A stretch of DNA of 64,000 bases from Thalassobaculaceae bacterium (GCA_965228875.1 OZ245843.1:1532616-1596615), one strand, 5' to 3'; counted from the stretch's first letter, positions 31,353 to 41,589 are shown. The notes: generated by a model not told the origin, from the letters alone. Program-made: numbers and translations.

Positions 31353-32693
31353 ATGAACCGCTTCGTGACTGTTCTGGCCGCGGGCGTCGCGCTCGCCGCC
31401 ACGACTGCCGCCACCGCGCCGGCCGATGCCAAGGTCAAGATCGACTACTGGTACGGCCTCGGCGGCTACCTGGGCGAGCAGGTCCAGGCCACCTGCGATC
31501 GCTTCAACGCCGCGCAGAACCAGTACGAGATCGTCTGCACCGGACAGGGCGGCTACGCCAATGCCGTGCAGAACACCATCGCCGCCTTCCGCGCCGGCAA
31601 GCACCCGACGATCGTGCAGGCCTACGACGCCGGCACCGCCGACCTGATGATGTCCGGGGAGTTCTACCCGGCCCACAAGCTCATGGCCGACCACGGCATC
31701 GACATCGACTGGACCAACTTTTTCCCGGGCATCGCCAACTACTACGCGTCGAGCAAGGGCGAGATGTTCTCTTTCCCGTTCAACTCGTCGACGCCGATGC
31801 TGTACTTCAACAAGGACGCCTACAAGATGATCGGCCGCACCAAGCCGGTCGAGACGTGGGAGGAGTTCGCCGAGGTCAACCGTCAGCTCAAGGCGGCCGG
31901 CCACGCGTGCCCGTGGGGCTATTCCCTGTCGAGTTGGGTCGACCTGGAGCAGTTCTCCATGGCCCACGGCGTTCCGATCGCCTCGAACAACAATGGCTAT
32001 GACGGCCTGGACAGCGAGATGCTGTTCAACACGACCCTGCACGCCCAGCACATGAAGAACATCAAGGGTTGGCTCGACGAGGGTATCGCCGTCCTGAAGA
32101 CCCGCGCCGGCGGCATGACCAGCCGCGACGCCTTTGCCAACGGGATCTGCGCCCACTACTTCGGCTCGATCGCCAGTCATGCCGCGGTGCATGCCGGCGC
32201 CGTCGACGGCCTGAGCTGGGACGTCACGATGATCCCGATCTACGAGGGTCAGACCCGGCACAACACCGTCGTCGGCGGTGCGTCGCTCTGGGTGCTCTCC
32301 GGCAAGACCGAGGAGGAGTACCGCGGGGCGGCCGCCTACCTGAAGTTCCTGATCGAGCCGGAGTCGGAAGAGTTCTGGTCGACCGTGACCGGCTACATCC
32401 CGGTGACCAGGACCGGTTTCGACAGCCTGGTGGCCAAGGGCTTCTACGAGAACCCTCCATACCAGGGTCGGGAACTGGCGCTGAAGTCGCTGACCTACAC
32501 CGACCCGACCCCGCTCACCCGCGGCATCCGTCTCGGCGGCTTCATCCAGATCCGCAAGGAGTGGACCGAGGAGATGCAGGCGGCCCTGGCCGGCGACAAG
32601 AGCGTGCAGGCGGCACTCGACAGCGCCGCCGAGCGCAGCAACAAGGTGCTGGCCAAGTTCGCCCGCACCTATCGCGGCAAAGACCTGCCCTGA
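31353..32693 (+). CDS. ugpB: sn-glycerol-3-phosphate-type ABC substrate-binding protein
   Basis: Signal peptide; IAAFRAG..P.IVQ, PFNSSTP, GGASLW, TGYIPVT, RGIRLG. Confidence 0.85.
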   Translation: MNRFVTVLAAGVALAATTAATAPADAKVKIDYWYGLGGYLGEQVQATCDRFNAAQNQYEIVCTGQGGYANAVQNTIAAFRAGKHPTIVQAYDAGTADLMMSGEFYPAHKLMADHGIDIDWTNFFPGIANYYASSKGEMFSFPFNSSTPMLYFNKDAYKMIGRTKPVETWEEFAEVNRQLKAAGHACPWGYSLSSWVDLEQFSMAHGVPIASNNNGYDGLDSEMLFNTTLHAQHMKNIKGWLDEGIAVLKTRAGGMTSRDAFANGICAHYFGSIASHAAVHAGAVDGLSWDVTMIPIYEGQTRHNTVVGGASLWVLSGKTEEEYRGAAAYLKFLIEPESEEFWSTVTGYIPVTRTGFDSLVAKGFYENPPYQGRELALKSLTYTDPTPLTRGIRLGGFIQIRKEWTEEMQAALAGDKSVQAALDSAAERSNKVLAKFARTYRGKDLP

Positions 32694-32713
32694 CCCGCTG
32701 ATCCGACCGTCAC

Positions 32714-32741
32714 GCCCGGGGCCGCCGACACAGCCCCGGGC
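32714..32741 (+). terminator. Intra-operon stem-loop after ugpB (mRNA stabiliser or partial terminator)
   Basis: Perfect 9-bp inverted repeat GCCCGGGGC / GCCCCGGGC with a 10-nt loop. Confidence 0.55.
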
Positions 32742-32767
32742 TCTCTCCAGCGTCCGGCGGACCCGAC

Positions 32768-33652
32768 ATGAGCAAGCGCGCGTACTTCAAGAACAACACC
32801 GTCGCCTACTGGCTGGTGCTGCCGCAGATGGCGATCATCTTCACGTTCTTCTACTGGCCGACCGGCGAGGCGCTGTACTGGGCGTTCACGCTGGAGCCGC
32901 CGTTCGGCGGGAACAACGAGTGGGTCGGGTTCGAGAACTTCCAGGCGGTCTTCGAGGACGAGTACTACTGGTATTCCATCCAACAGTCGGTGGTGTTCGC
33001 CCTCGCCTCGACGGCGATCGCCATGGGTATGGCGCTGGTCCTCGCCGTGTTCGCCGACCGCCAGCTGCGCGGCTACTCGGTCTACCGGATCGCCATGATC
33101 TGGCCCTACGCCGTCGCCGCACCGGCCATCGGCCTCGCGTTCCGCTTCGTGTTCAGCCCCGACGCCGGCATCTTCGCCTATGTCAACTCCATCTCTCCGG
33201 GGTTCTGGGACCCCGTGCTCGACGGCAACCACGCGATGCTGATGATCGTGCTGTGCTCCGCATGGAAAGCGGTGTCGTACAACTTCATCTTCTTCCTGGC
33301 CGGTCTCCAGGCCATCCCGCGCAGCCTGATCGAGGCGAGCGCCATGGACGGCGCCGGACCGTTGCGCCGCATCGTCGACGTCCAGTTGCCACTGCTTACG
33401 CCGACCTTCTTCTTCCTGCTTGTGATCAACATCACCGACAGCTTCACCGACAGCTTCGGCATCGTCGACGTGATGACCCAGGGCGGCCCGGCGCGGGCGA
33501 CCAACCTCATGGTCTACAAGATCTACTTCGACGGATTTCGGGGGCTCGACTACTCCGGCGCCGCCGCGCAGTCGATCATCCTCATGGGCCTCGTCATCGC
33601 CCTCACCATCGTCCAGTTCCGCTATATCGAGCGGCGCGTCCACTACGGCTGA
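32768..33652 (+). CDS. ugpA: ABC permease UgpA-type
   Basis: FFYWP, IWPYAVA and EAA loop FLAGLQAIPRSLIEA..DGA. Confidence 0.85.
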   Translation: MSKRAYFKNNTVAYWLVLPQMAIIFTFFYWPTGEALYWAFTLEPPFGGNNEWVGFENFQAVFEDEYYWYSIQQSVVFALASTAIAMGMALVLAVFADRQLRGYSVYRIAMIWPYAVAAPAIGLAFRFVFSPDAGIFAYVNSISPGFWDPVLDGNHAMLMIVLCSAWKAVSYNFIFFLAGLQAIPRSLIEASAMDGAGPLRRIVDVQLPLLTPTFFFLLVINITDSFTDSFGIVDVMTQGGPARATNLMVYKIYFDGFRGLDYSGAAAQSIILMGLVIALTIVQFRYIERRVHYG

Positions 33653-33663
33653 GGGAGGATGCG

Positions 33664-34593
33664 ATGATCGAACGCTCGCCGATCCTGAACATCGTCACCC
33701 ACGTGATCCTGCTCAGCGGCCTGCTGATGCTCGCGATCCCGATCTGGCTTGCCTTCGTTGCCGCCAGCCACACGATCCAGGACGTCAACGCCATCCCGAT
33801 GAAAACCCTGCCGGGCGACCAGTTCCTCGTGAACATCGCCGAGGCCTGGGGGCGCGGGGATTTCGGCCAGAAGTTCCTGAACTCCTCGATCGTGGTCGTC
33901 GGGGTCGTTACCGGCAAAGTGCTGATCGCCGCGATCACCGCCTTCGCCATCGTGTTCTTCCGCTACCGGATCCGCATGCTGCTGTTCTGGCTGGTGTTCA
34001 TCACCCTGATGTTGCCGCTTGAGGTGCGCATCGTGCCGACCTACGCGGTCGCCGCCAACGCGCTGTCGCCGTATCAGACCATGCTCGACGGTCTCGGCGT
34101 GACCTGGCTGGTCGAGCGGTTGACCGGGATCGAGCTGGCGCTGCAATGGAACCTGCTCGACAGCTACACGGGGCTGATCCTGCCGCTGGTGGCGACGGCC
34201 ACCGGAACATTCCTGTACCGGCAGTTCTTCCTGACCATTCCCAACGAGTTGGTCGAGGCGGCGCGGATGGATGGCGCCGGCCCCCTGCGGTTCCTGATCG
34301 AGCATCTGCTTCCGCTGTCGAAGACCAACATCGCAGCCCTCGCCACGATCATGACGGTCTACGCCTGGAACCAGTATCTCTGGCCGTTGCTGGTGGTCAC
34401 CAACACGGACAGGTACGGGACCGTGGTCATGGAACTGCGCCGGCTGATCCCGACCGAGACCTCGACCGGGGCGGGCGTCCCGGAATGGAACCTGGCGATG
34501 GCCGGCACCCTTGTCGTGCTGGTTCCACCGCTGATCGTCGTCATCGCCATGCAGCGCTGGTTCGTGCGTGGCCTGATCAACACCGACAAGTAG
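33664..34593 (+). CDS. ugpE: ABC permease UgpE-type
   Basis: FITLMLPLEVRIVPT, EAARMDGAGP, WNQYLWPL, QRWFVRGL. Confidence 0.85.
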   Translation: MIERSPILNIVTHVILLSGLLMLAIPIWLAFVAASHTIQDVNAIPMKTLPGDQFLVNIAEAWGRGDFGQKFLNSSIVVVGVVTGKVLIAAITAFAIVFFRYRIRMLLFWLVFITLMLPLEVRIVPTYAVAANALSPYQTMLDGLGVTWLVERLTGIELALQWNLLDSYTGLILPLVATATGTFLYRQFFLTIPNELVEAARMDGAGPLRFLIEHLLPLSKTNIAALATIMTVYAWNQYLWPLLVVTNTDRYGTVVMELRRLIPTETSTGAGVPEWNLAMAGTLVVLVPPLIVVIAMQRWFVRGLINTDK

Positions 34594-34602
34594 GAGCACA
34601 CC

Positions 34603-35673
34603 ATGGCTCATGTCGCCTTCACCGGAGTCCGCAAGGCATTCGACCGGACCGAGGTCCTGCACGGAATCGACCTCGAGATCGCCGAGGGCGAGTTTCTCGT
34701 GATCCTTGGTCCGTCCGGTTGCGGCAAGTCGACCCTGTTGCGGCTGCTTGCCGGGCTCGAGGAACTGACAGCCGGCGACATCGCCATAGACGGCAAGGTG
34801 GTCAACAAGCTGGAGCCGCGGGAGCGCGGCTGCGCCATGGTCTTCCAGAACTACGCCCTCTATCCGCACATGAGCGTCGCCGACAACATCGGCTACTCGC
34901 TGAAGGTCGCCGGGATCGCCAAGCGTGCCCGGCGGGAGAAGATCGAGGCGGTGGCCGCGGTTCTCGGCCTTGGCGAGTTCCTGGATCGCAAGCCGGGCCA
35001 GCTCTCCGGCGGACAGCGCCAGCGGGTGGCCATGGGTCGCGCCATCATCCGCGAGCCCAAGGTCTTCCTGTTCGACGAGCCGCTCTCCAACCTCGACGCC
35101 AAACTCCGCGTGCAGATGCGCCTCGAGATCCGCCAGCTGCACCGCCGGCTGAAGACGACGTCGATGTTCGTCACCCACGATCAGGTCGAGGCGATGACGC
35201 TTGCCGACCGGCTGGTGGTCATGCGCGACGGAGTGATCGAGCAGGTCGGCACCCCTCAGGAGATCTACGACCGGCCGGCGACCCGCTTCGTCGGCGACTT
35301 CATCGGGGCGCCGCCGATGAATTTCCTGCCGGCGCGGTTGAACGGCAAGGGGCCGTGCGCTGAACTCACGGACGGTCAGACCGTCGAGCTGCCGGCTCCC
35401 ATCGCCGAGCGGCTGGTCGGCAGGGAGATCCTGATCGGCCTGCGGGCGGAGGACGTCACTCTGGACGGCGGCGCCAGCCACTCTCTCGTCTTCGCACCCG
35501 GCTTCCACGAGGAGCTCGGCGCCGGGCGCCTGCTGCACGGCCAGATCGCCGGGTCGCAGTTCATCGTGGCCACCGACAAGCACCAGGGCGCGGCGAACGA
35601 CGCCGGCACCGTGCGCTTCACCACCGACAAGCTGCACGTCTTCGATGCCGCGAGCGGGCTGCGGGTCGGATAG
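34603..35673 (+). CDS. ugpC: ABC ATP-binding protein UgpC-type
   Basis: [29 protein letters not shown]. Confidence 0.9.
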   Translation: MAHVAFTGVRKAFDRTEVLHGIDLEIAEGEFLVILGPSGCGKSTLLRLLAGLEELTAGDIAIDGKVVNKLEPRERGCAMVFQNYALYPHMSVADNIGYSLKVAGIAKRARREKIEAVAAVLGLGEFLDRKPGQLSGGQRQRVAMGRAIIREPKVFLFDEPLSNLDAKLRVQMRLEIRQLHRRLKTTSMFVTHDQVEAMTLADRLVVMRDGVIEQVGTPQEIYDRPATRFVGDFIGAPPMNFLPARLNGKGPCAELTDGQTVELPAPIAERLVGREILIGLRAEDVTLDGGASHSLVFAPGFHEELGAGRLLHGQIAGSQFIVATDKHQGAANDAGTVRFTTDKLHVFDAASGLRVG

Positions 35674-35732
35674 TGCGGATCACGATCAGCTGAAAACACC
35701 TGATCGTATGAATTCTCTCTGTCCTTAAAGGC

Positions 35733-36614
35733 TTAGAGCACAGGTTGGCAGGTCCTGCCGCCGCCGATGCGTGAAAGCTTGTCGGGGTTGCGGACGATGT
35801 AGATCGCGGCCACGCGGTCCCCCTCGATCGCCAGGACCGTGACCTGCGATGTCGTCCCCATCGCCGTGACCAGCGCCGGCTGCCCGTCGACCGTGACGGT
35901 CTCCAGCAGATGGAATTCGTCCCGGTACTTGCGGGCAAGACCGCCGAACAGGCGGACCGCCCGGTCGCGGCCGACGATGGTGTTTGGGAAGGCGATGACC
36001 TTGCCGCCGCCGTCCGACATCACCGCCACGTCCTCTGCCAGCAGCGCGGTGAGACCGGCGACGTCGCCCCGGCGGCTGGCCTCGAAAAACGCCGCCGCGA
36101 TCCGTTTCGCCGCGTCCGGGTCGACGCGGTAGCGCGGCCGCTCGGTCCGCACGTGACGGCGCGCGCGCACCGCCAGCTGGCGCACCGAGGCCGGCGCGCG
36201 GTCCAGGGTGGAAGCGATCTCGTCCAGCGGCGTCTCGAACACGTCGTGCAGCAGAAACGCCGCGCGCTCCAGCGGCGACAGCCGTTCCAGCGCCAGCATC
36301 AGCGTGTAGGTCAGATCGTCGGCGAGCAGTTCGGGATCGTCCGCGTCGACCACAGGCTCGGGCAGCCAGGTGCCGACATAGGTTTCGCGCCGGCGGCGGG
36401 CCGATTTGAGCTGGTCGAGGCAGAGTCGGGTCGTCGCCCGCCGCAGCCAGGCCGCCGGGTTCTCCACCGTCCCCGCCTCGACGCGCCGCCAGCGCAGCCA
36501 TGCGTCCTGCACCGCGTCCTCCGCCTCGGCCACGGAGCCGAGCATGCGATAGGCGAGACGCAGCAGCGTGGGCCGCTGCGCCTCGAACGGATCGGCCTCG
36601 TCTTCAGGCCGCAT
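35733..36614 (-). CDS. ECF41-type sigma factor (SigJ-like) with C-terminal SnoaL extension
   Basis: AYRMLGS..AEDAVQD plus the ECF41 signatures WLPEP, DGGG and NPDKL. Confidence 0.92.
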   Translation of the reverse strand: MRPEDEADPFEAQRPTLLRLAYRMLGSVAEAEDAVQDAWLRWRRVEAGTVENPAAWLRRATTRLCLDQLKSARRRRETYVGTWLPEPVVDADDPELLADDLTYTLMLALERLSPLERAAFLLHDVFETPLDEIASTLDRAPASVRQLAVRARRHVRTERPRYRVDPDAAKRIAAAFFEASRRGDVAGLTALLAEDVAVMSDGGGKVIAFPNTIVGRDRAVRLFGGLARKYRDEFHLLETVTVDGQPALVTAMGTTSQVTVLAIEGDRVAAIYIVRNPDKLSRIGGGRTCQPVL

Positions 36615-37065
36615 CGGCCGCGTCGAGCGGATGGGTGTAGCGGAAGCCGACGGCCACGCGGTTCCAGACGTTGATCGCACCGATCAGCAGCGACAGCCAG
36701 GTACGCTCGGTCTCGTCGAACTCGGTACAGACCAGATCCCAGTCCGCGTCGGGCGCCCCGGTGTCGGCGACCCGTGTCAGCGCCTCGGTCCAGGCGAGTG
36801 CCGCCCGTTCCTGATCGCTGAAGAGCGGCGACTCCCGCCAGGCGCTCGTCAGGTGAAGCCGCATCTCGCTCTCGCCGTCCCGTCGGGCCTCGGTCGTGTG
36901 CATGTGGATGCAGAACGCGCAGCCGTTGATCTGCGACGCGCGCAGTTTGACCAGGTGGATCAGGGATGCCTCGAGCGGGCTGTCGGCGATCGCCTTCTCA
37001 AGCGCGCGCATGGCGGCGAAGCCTTCCGGGGCGAGACCGTAGGGGTTCGGCAGTCGGGGTGTCAT
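36604..37065 (-). CDS. Carboxymuconolactone decarboxylase/AhpD family protein
   Basis: LVKLRASQINGCAFCIHMH (CxxC), INVWNR; GGAGA RBS. Confidence 0.92.
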   Translation of the reverse strand: MTPRLPNPYGLAPEGFAAMRALEKAIADSPLEASLIHLVKLRASQINGCAFCIHMHTTEARRDGESEMRLHLTSAWRESPLFSDQERAALAWTEALTRVADTGAPDADWDLVCTEFDETERTWLSLLIGAINVWNRVAVGFRYTHPLDAADAA

Positions 37066-37115
37066 CGGGATCTCCATGGTGACGGTTACGGTGTCGACCG
37101 CGTCGACACCCCCAT

Positions 37116-37142
37116 GACGACCGGGCGACCGGCAGTGTGACA
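37116..37142 (-). promoter_or_regulatory. ECF41 promoter (-35 TGTCACA, N16, -10 CGTC)
   Basis: The minus strand reads TGTCACA-ctgccggtcgcccggt-CGTC, about 50 nt upstream of the AhpD start. Confidence 0.88.
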
Positions 37143-37174
37143 CGGCACCATGAAAATTCTCGGGCGAAACGACA

Positions 37175-37199
37175 CGGGCGGCCCTCGAGGAGCCGCCCG
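37175..37199 (-). terminator. Stem-loop downstream of the MCP gene
   Basis: 8-bp inverted repeat CGGGCGGC / GCCGCCCG. Confidence 0.5.
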
Positions 37200-37224
37200 C
37201 CGGGATCCGAGACGACCGGGCGCG

Positions 37225-38907
37225 TCAGGTCGAGCGTACGTCCCGCAGGAAGGTCTCGACCCGCGTCTTGAGGCCTTCCGCCTGGCCGGAGAGACCGCGC
37301 GCCGTGACCAGCACCTCGTTGGACGACTCTCCGGTCTCCGCCGCGGCCTCGCGTACGCCGGAAATGTTCATGTTGACCTGGTTGGCGGCGTTCGCCACCT
37401 CCTCGACGTTGCGCGAGATCTCCTTGGTGGCGGAGTCCTGCTCCTCGACCGCCGCCGCAACGGCCGCGGCCACCTCCTGCACGTCGTGAACGCGGGTCAC
37501 GATCTGGGCGATGGCGTCGACCGCGGTCCGGGTCCGGTCCTGAACGGCCTGGATCTGCGAGGCGATCTCCTCGGTCGCCTTGCCGGTCTGGCCGGCCAGG
37601 TTCTTGACCTCCGAGGCGACCACCGCGAACCCCTTGCCCGCATCGCCGGCGCGGGCCGACTCGATGGTCGCGTTCAGGGCCAGAAGGTTGGTCTGCTCGG
37701 CGATCTCCTGGATCAGGGTGACCACGGTGCCGATCCGCTGCACCGCCTCGTCCAGCGCACGAACCTCGCCCTGGGTCGATTCCGCATCGGTCAGTGCCGA
37801 GGTGGCGAGGTGGTTGGCGTTCGACACCTGATGCGAGATCTCGCTGATCGACGAGGACAGCTCGGTGCTTGCCGTGGCGACCGTCTGGACGTTGGCCGAC
37901 GTCTCCTCGGAAGCGGTGGCCACCGCGGTCGCCCGCTGGGTCGACTGCTCGGCGATCGTGCTGAGAGACTGTGCCGTCCCCTCCAGCTCGGTCGCCGCCG
38001 CGGCGACCGCCTCGGTCATCGACTGGGCGTCGCTCTCGAAGGCCTGGGTGATCGCCCGCAGAGCCTGGGCCCGGTCGAGCTCGGCCTGCTGCTTGGCGGC
38101 CGCCTCGGCCTGAAGGCGCTCGTTCTCGACCATGTTCTGGCGGAAGACCTCCACCGCCGCCGCCATATGCCCGACCTCGTCGCCGCGACCCGCCCCGGGA
38201 ACCGTGACGCCGTGGCGGCCGGCCGCCATTTCGCCCATCACGCCGGTCATCTCCCGGATCGGCGTCGCGATCCCGCCCGTGAGCGTGAAATAGGCCAGCG
38301 CCGCGACGATGATTCCGAGGGCGGCCGAGGCGGCGGCGGAAATGTCCACGGTGAGAAACACCCGGTCCTGCGACGCGCGGGCATCGTCCATGATGGCCTG
38401 GCCCATCGCCGACAGTTCGTCGAAGATGGCCGTCATCGAAGCGACGTAGGTACGACCGGCGCCGTTGCTTTCCATGATGCGCGCCTCGTCGACGGTCAGC
38501 GGCTGGCGCATCAGGTTGATCTGCTTGGCCGCAGTGTCGCGCCACTCCTGATTCACCGCGACATAGCGCCGGACGAGCGGCAACGCCTCCGACCCCTCGC
38601 TCAGAGCGGACAGCAACGTCTGGGCCGACGCATCGAACGACTCTGCGCTGGCGTTGAACCGGTCGATCGCCGAGCGGTCGCCGCTCAACAGCAATTCCTT
38701 GATGCTCGCCGACTGGCCGACGGCTTCACCCTGCATCAGATCAAGCAGGGCCAACAGGCTGCCGACCCGGTCGACCTCTTTGGCCGCGTCGCTCGCACGG
38801 CTGAGTTGGTAGAAGGTCAGGCCGCCCGATACCACCATGATGGCGACGAGAAGACCGAAGGCCGCTGCGATCTTCCGGCCGATGGGAAGGTCGTTCATGA
38901 TCCCCAT
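37225..38907 (-). CDS. Methyl-accepting chemotaxis protein
   Basis: Two TM segments, HAMP, and the hairpin tip [34 protein letters not shown]. Confidence 0.95.
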   Translation of the reverse strand: MGIMNDLPIGRKIAAAFGLLVAIMVVSGGLTFYQLSRASDAAKEVDRVGSLLALLDLMQGEAVGQSASIKELLLSGDRSAIDRFNASAESFDASAQTLLSALSEGSEALPLVRRYVAVNQEWRDTAAKQINLMRQPLTVDEARIMESNGAGRTYVASMTAIFDELSAMGQAIMDDARASQDRVFLTVDISAAASAALGIIVAALAYFTLTGGIATPIREMTGVMGEMAAGRHGVTVPGAGRGDEVGHMAAAVEVFRQNMVENERLQAEAAAKQQAELDRAQALRAITQAFESDAQSMTEAVAAAATELEGTAQSLSTIAEQSTQRATAVATASEETSANVQTVATASTELSSSISEISHQVSNANHLATSALTDAESTQGEVRALDEAVQRIGTVVTLIQEIAEQTNLLALNATIESARAGDAGKGFAVVASEVKNLAGQTGKATEEIASQIQAVQDRTRTAVDAIAQIVTRVHDVQEVAAAVAAAVEEQDSATKEISRNVEEVANAANQVNMNISGVREAAAETGESSNEVLVTARGLSGQAEGLKTRVETFLRDVRST

Positions 38908-38917
38908 GTCAGACTCC

Positions 38918-39571
38918 TCATGATGTCAGGCCGGCGAGCACGCGGCGCTCAAGCTCGGTCAGGTTGATTTCGACGGTGATAGCGCCCGCGGCGTTTCCGT
39001 CGCTGTCGTCGATCGTCATATTGAGCTGGGCGCGCCACGTGGCCGTGCCCTCATGGTATTCCGGCTCGTCGAGAAAAACGGCGCCGGTTCCGACCCCGTA
39101 GGTCTTCTGGAACTTTGCTTCGTCCCCCTGCCAGTAGTCGGTGGTGACCGAGCTCTGGCCGACGTTCAGGCCCTTGCTGTCCATCACGAAGACCTCGGTG
39201 AACAGTCCGACCGACCGGGCCTGGATGCGATAGAGATAGGTGGACAACGGATTGGCCAGAACCGAGGTGATCAAGGGTTGGTCGTTCGACTGGGTCTCGG
39301 CCCGCCATTGCTTGTCGAGGGTATCGATCTGGTTCTGCGCGAGTTGGTCGGAGGCTTTGTTCCGGCTCCGCAGCGCTTCCCGGATTACCGGAGCCGACGT
39401 CCACTCCCGGACTTCGGCGATCAGGTCGGCGCCAACGAGATCCGAAAGCGGCAGGGACAGTGGGGCCGGCTCCGCCCTGGCCTCATGAATGACGACGCCT
39501 GAATAAAGACAGCCGGCGGCGACGGAAAATAACCACAGACACCGGATGGATTCGACAATCGGCTTCTTCAT
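38918..39571 (-). CDS. Stand-alone extracytoplasmic PDC/Cache-like sensor protein
   Basis: N-terminal signal/TM segment; [50 protein letters not shown]. Confidence 0.75.
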   Translation of the reverse strand: MKKPIVESIRCLWLFSVAAGCLYSGVVIHEARAEPAPLSLPLSDLVGADLIAEVREWTSAPVIREALRSRNKASDQLAQNQIDTLDKQWRAETQSNDQPLITSVLANPLSTYLYRIQARSVGLFTEVFVMDSKGLNVGQSSVTTDYWQGDEAKFQKTYGVGTGAVFLDEPEYHEGTATWRAQLNMTIDDSDGNAAGAITVEINLTELERRVLAGLTS

Positions 39572-39625
39572 GGCACCCTCCTCGTCAACGCAAAGAATTG
39601 ATGTGAGTATATTTTACTTAACGTC

Positions 39626-39640
39626 CTAAAGGTTGGTTAA
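39626..39640 (-). promoter_or_regulatory. CtrA-box-like site upstream of the sensor-MCP operon
   Basis: The minus strand reads TTAA-CCAACCT-TTAG within an AT-rich intergenic stretch. Confidence 0.45.
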
Positions 39641-39869
39641 ATTTTCAGAGTATTTATTAAGAACCATTCTCAATGCCTATCCCGCTCGGCACCCCTATTT
39701 GTGGAACACCTTAATGAACGCCGGCAACTGCAACGCGTTCATCGCGCAAGGGTCTCCCTGGAAGGGAGTTCCACTGCTTTCCTCCGCCGCACGCAGTCTT
39801 TGACGATCCCCCGCCAAGGCCTCCCGCCCGCCAACCAACCCGGCTCACGCGCAACCGGATTGCACAAAA

Positions 39870-39885
39870 TGTGCGATTCCACACA
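39870..39885. promoter_or_regulatory. CRP-like box upstream of the protease-hydrolase fusion
   Basis: aaaa-TGTGC-GATTCC-ACACA-t, 8/10 match to TGTGA-N6-TCACA. Confidence 0.55.
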
Positions 39886-39975
39886 TCAAGGCCGTGACCC
39901 CTGTGGTCGCATACGCCGGCGTGAGCGCGCAGGCTTCGGTCACCGGCGCTCGTCATCTTTGGGGGCAGACCAAGT

Positions 39976-41589
39976 ATGAGACGCAGCGTCCTGCCGGGTC
40001 GCCGCTGCTTACTCCCGACGGCGGCGGCCCGGCTTCCATCCGGTCGCAACGACGCCAACCCAGGGAGCGATACGCGGTCGGACAACGGTTTCGGAACCGG
40101 CGCCGGAATCTGCCACGTCGCCAGTCCCGGTGCATTGGATCCGGGCTTCGATCCGGTCATGTCCGCCTACCTGAGCCTCACGCGCGGCCCTGGCGCCCGG
40201 CCGGCCTGGGCGGTCGATCCTTCGGTCGTCGGCGTCGGAGTCGGCCTGCGCCGGACCGCCGGCAGCTACGGCACGCAGCGCTGTCTGAAGATCTTCGTGC
40301 GCGCGAAGCGGCCGCGACGGGACCTGCGGAATCCCGCGCCCGGGCATATCTGCCTTCCCGACGACGGAGACACCGTGGAGATCGACGTCGAGACCCTGCC
40401 GATGCTCCACCCCCGTGGCGTGGTGGGACCGGCCGTCCCCCGCGGCGGCCCGAACGCGGTCCGCGCCAGCCGTGACGGTGCCCCCTGGGGCTCCTACGGC
40501 TGCCTGCTCCGCAGTCGCAGCGAAGATCACGTGTATCTGCTCGGCTGCGGACACGTTCTCGCGGCGGGGAGCGGCGCGAAACGCGGTGACAGACTGCTGG
40601 TGCCGGACGACAACGCCGGGGTGCATGACGCCGCCCGTCTCACCGACTGGATCGTCCCGACGCCGAGCCCGTGGGGGTTTCCCAATTCCGTGGACGCCGC
40701 CATCGCCGAGATCGACCATCCGGACGCGATCGCCCGCCTCGCCGATCTGCTGCCGACCGGAATCAGCGACGACATCCGTTCGGGAATGTCGCTCCACTGT
40801 CTTGGCGCCGCGACGGGGCGGCAGTCGATCACCGTGGTCTGCGAACGGGCCAGCCTGGCCATAGCGACCAGGACGGCGGACGGACGGTTGCTCCGCCTCG
40901 GCTTTCGCGATCAGGTACTCTGCCGCGACGACACCAGCGCCGGCGACAGCGGCGCCTGCATCGTCGACGACCGAGGCCGCGCCGTCGGCATGCATGTCTT
41001 CGGCAGCGACGCCACCGCCGGCGCCAGACTCTCCAGAGACTTGGGCTCAAGCGATGGACCGGGCGCAGTCAGTGTGTTCACCCCGCTGCGTGCGGTGCTT
41101 GACGCGTTCGCCCCGGAGCGCGGCCTGCAGCTGGTCGACGACGCCACTCCAGCCGCGATCGCGGCCGAGCCACCGCCCGTCGACGATCCGACCGATGCCG
41201 TCGACGTCGTCGCGCGGACGATCTTCGGCGAGGCACGCAACGGCCCTGCCGAAATCCGACACGCCATCGCGGAGGTCATCTACAACAGAGCCGCCCAACG
41301 CTCGCCGCGCTTCGGCATGAGCGTCGAGGCCGTCTGCCGGATGCCCGGGCAGTTCAGCTGCTGGAATCCGGGCGATCCGCACCGTGCGCGTACCCTGACC
41401 ATCGCGCTGGACGATCCGGCGATCGGGGACTGTGTGGCCATTGCCCGCGACCTGCTCGCCGGCCGGGTCGGCACGCTGACCCGAGGCGCCGACCACTACC
41501 ACCACCACCGGGTCTACCCGACCTATTCCCGCGAACGCACGCCGTGCGCACGCATCGGCAACTACGTGTTCTTCAACGACATCCCCTAG
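39976..41589 (+). CDS. Trypsin-like (S1, Nal1-like) serine protease fused to a SleB/Hydrolase_2 cell-wall hydrolase
   Basis: Triad motifs CGHVL, VDAAIA, GDSGA; C-terminal ARTIFGEARN..EVIYNRA..GQFSCWN..GADHYH..IGNYVFF. The start is uncertain (alternative ATG at 40159). Confidence 0.85.
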   Translation: MRRSVLPGRRCLLPTAAARLPSGRNDANPGSDTRSDNGFGTGAGICHVASPGALDPGFDPVMSAYLSLTRGPGARPAWAVDPSVVGVGVGLRRTAGSYGTQRCLKIFVRAKRPRRDLRNPAPGHICLPDDGDTVEIDVETLPMLHPRGVVGPAVPRGGPNAVRASRDGAPWGSYGCLLRSRSEDHVYLLGCGHVLAAGSGAKRGDRLLVPDDNAGVHDAARLTDWIVPTPSPWGFPNSVDAAIAEIDHPDAIARLADLLPTGISDDIRSGMSLHCLGAATGRQSITVVCERASLAIATRTADGRLLRLGFRDQVLCRDDTSAGDSGACIVDDRGRAVGMHVFGSDATAGARLSRDLGSSDGPGAVSVFTPLRAVLDAFAPERGLQLVDDATPAAIAAEPPPVDDPTDAVDVVARTIFGEARNGPAEIRHAIAEVIYNRAAQRSPRFGMSVEAVCRMPGQFSCWNPGDPHRARTLTIALDDPAIGDCVAIARDLLAGRVGTLTRGADHYHHHRVYPTYSRERTPCARIGNYVFFNDIP

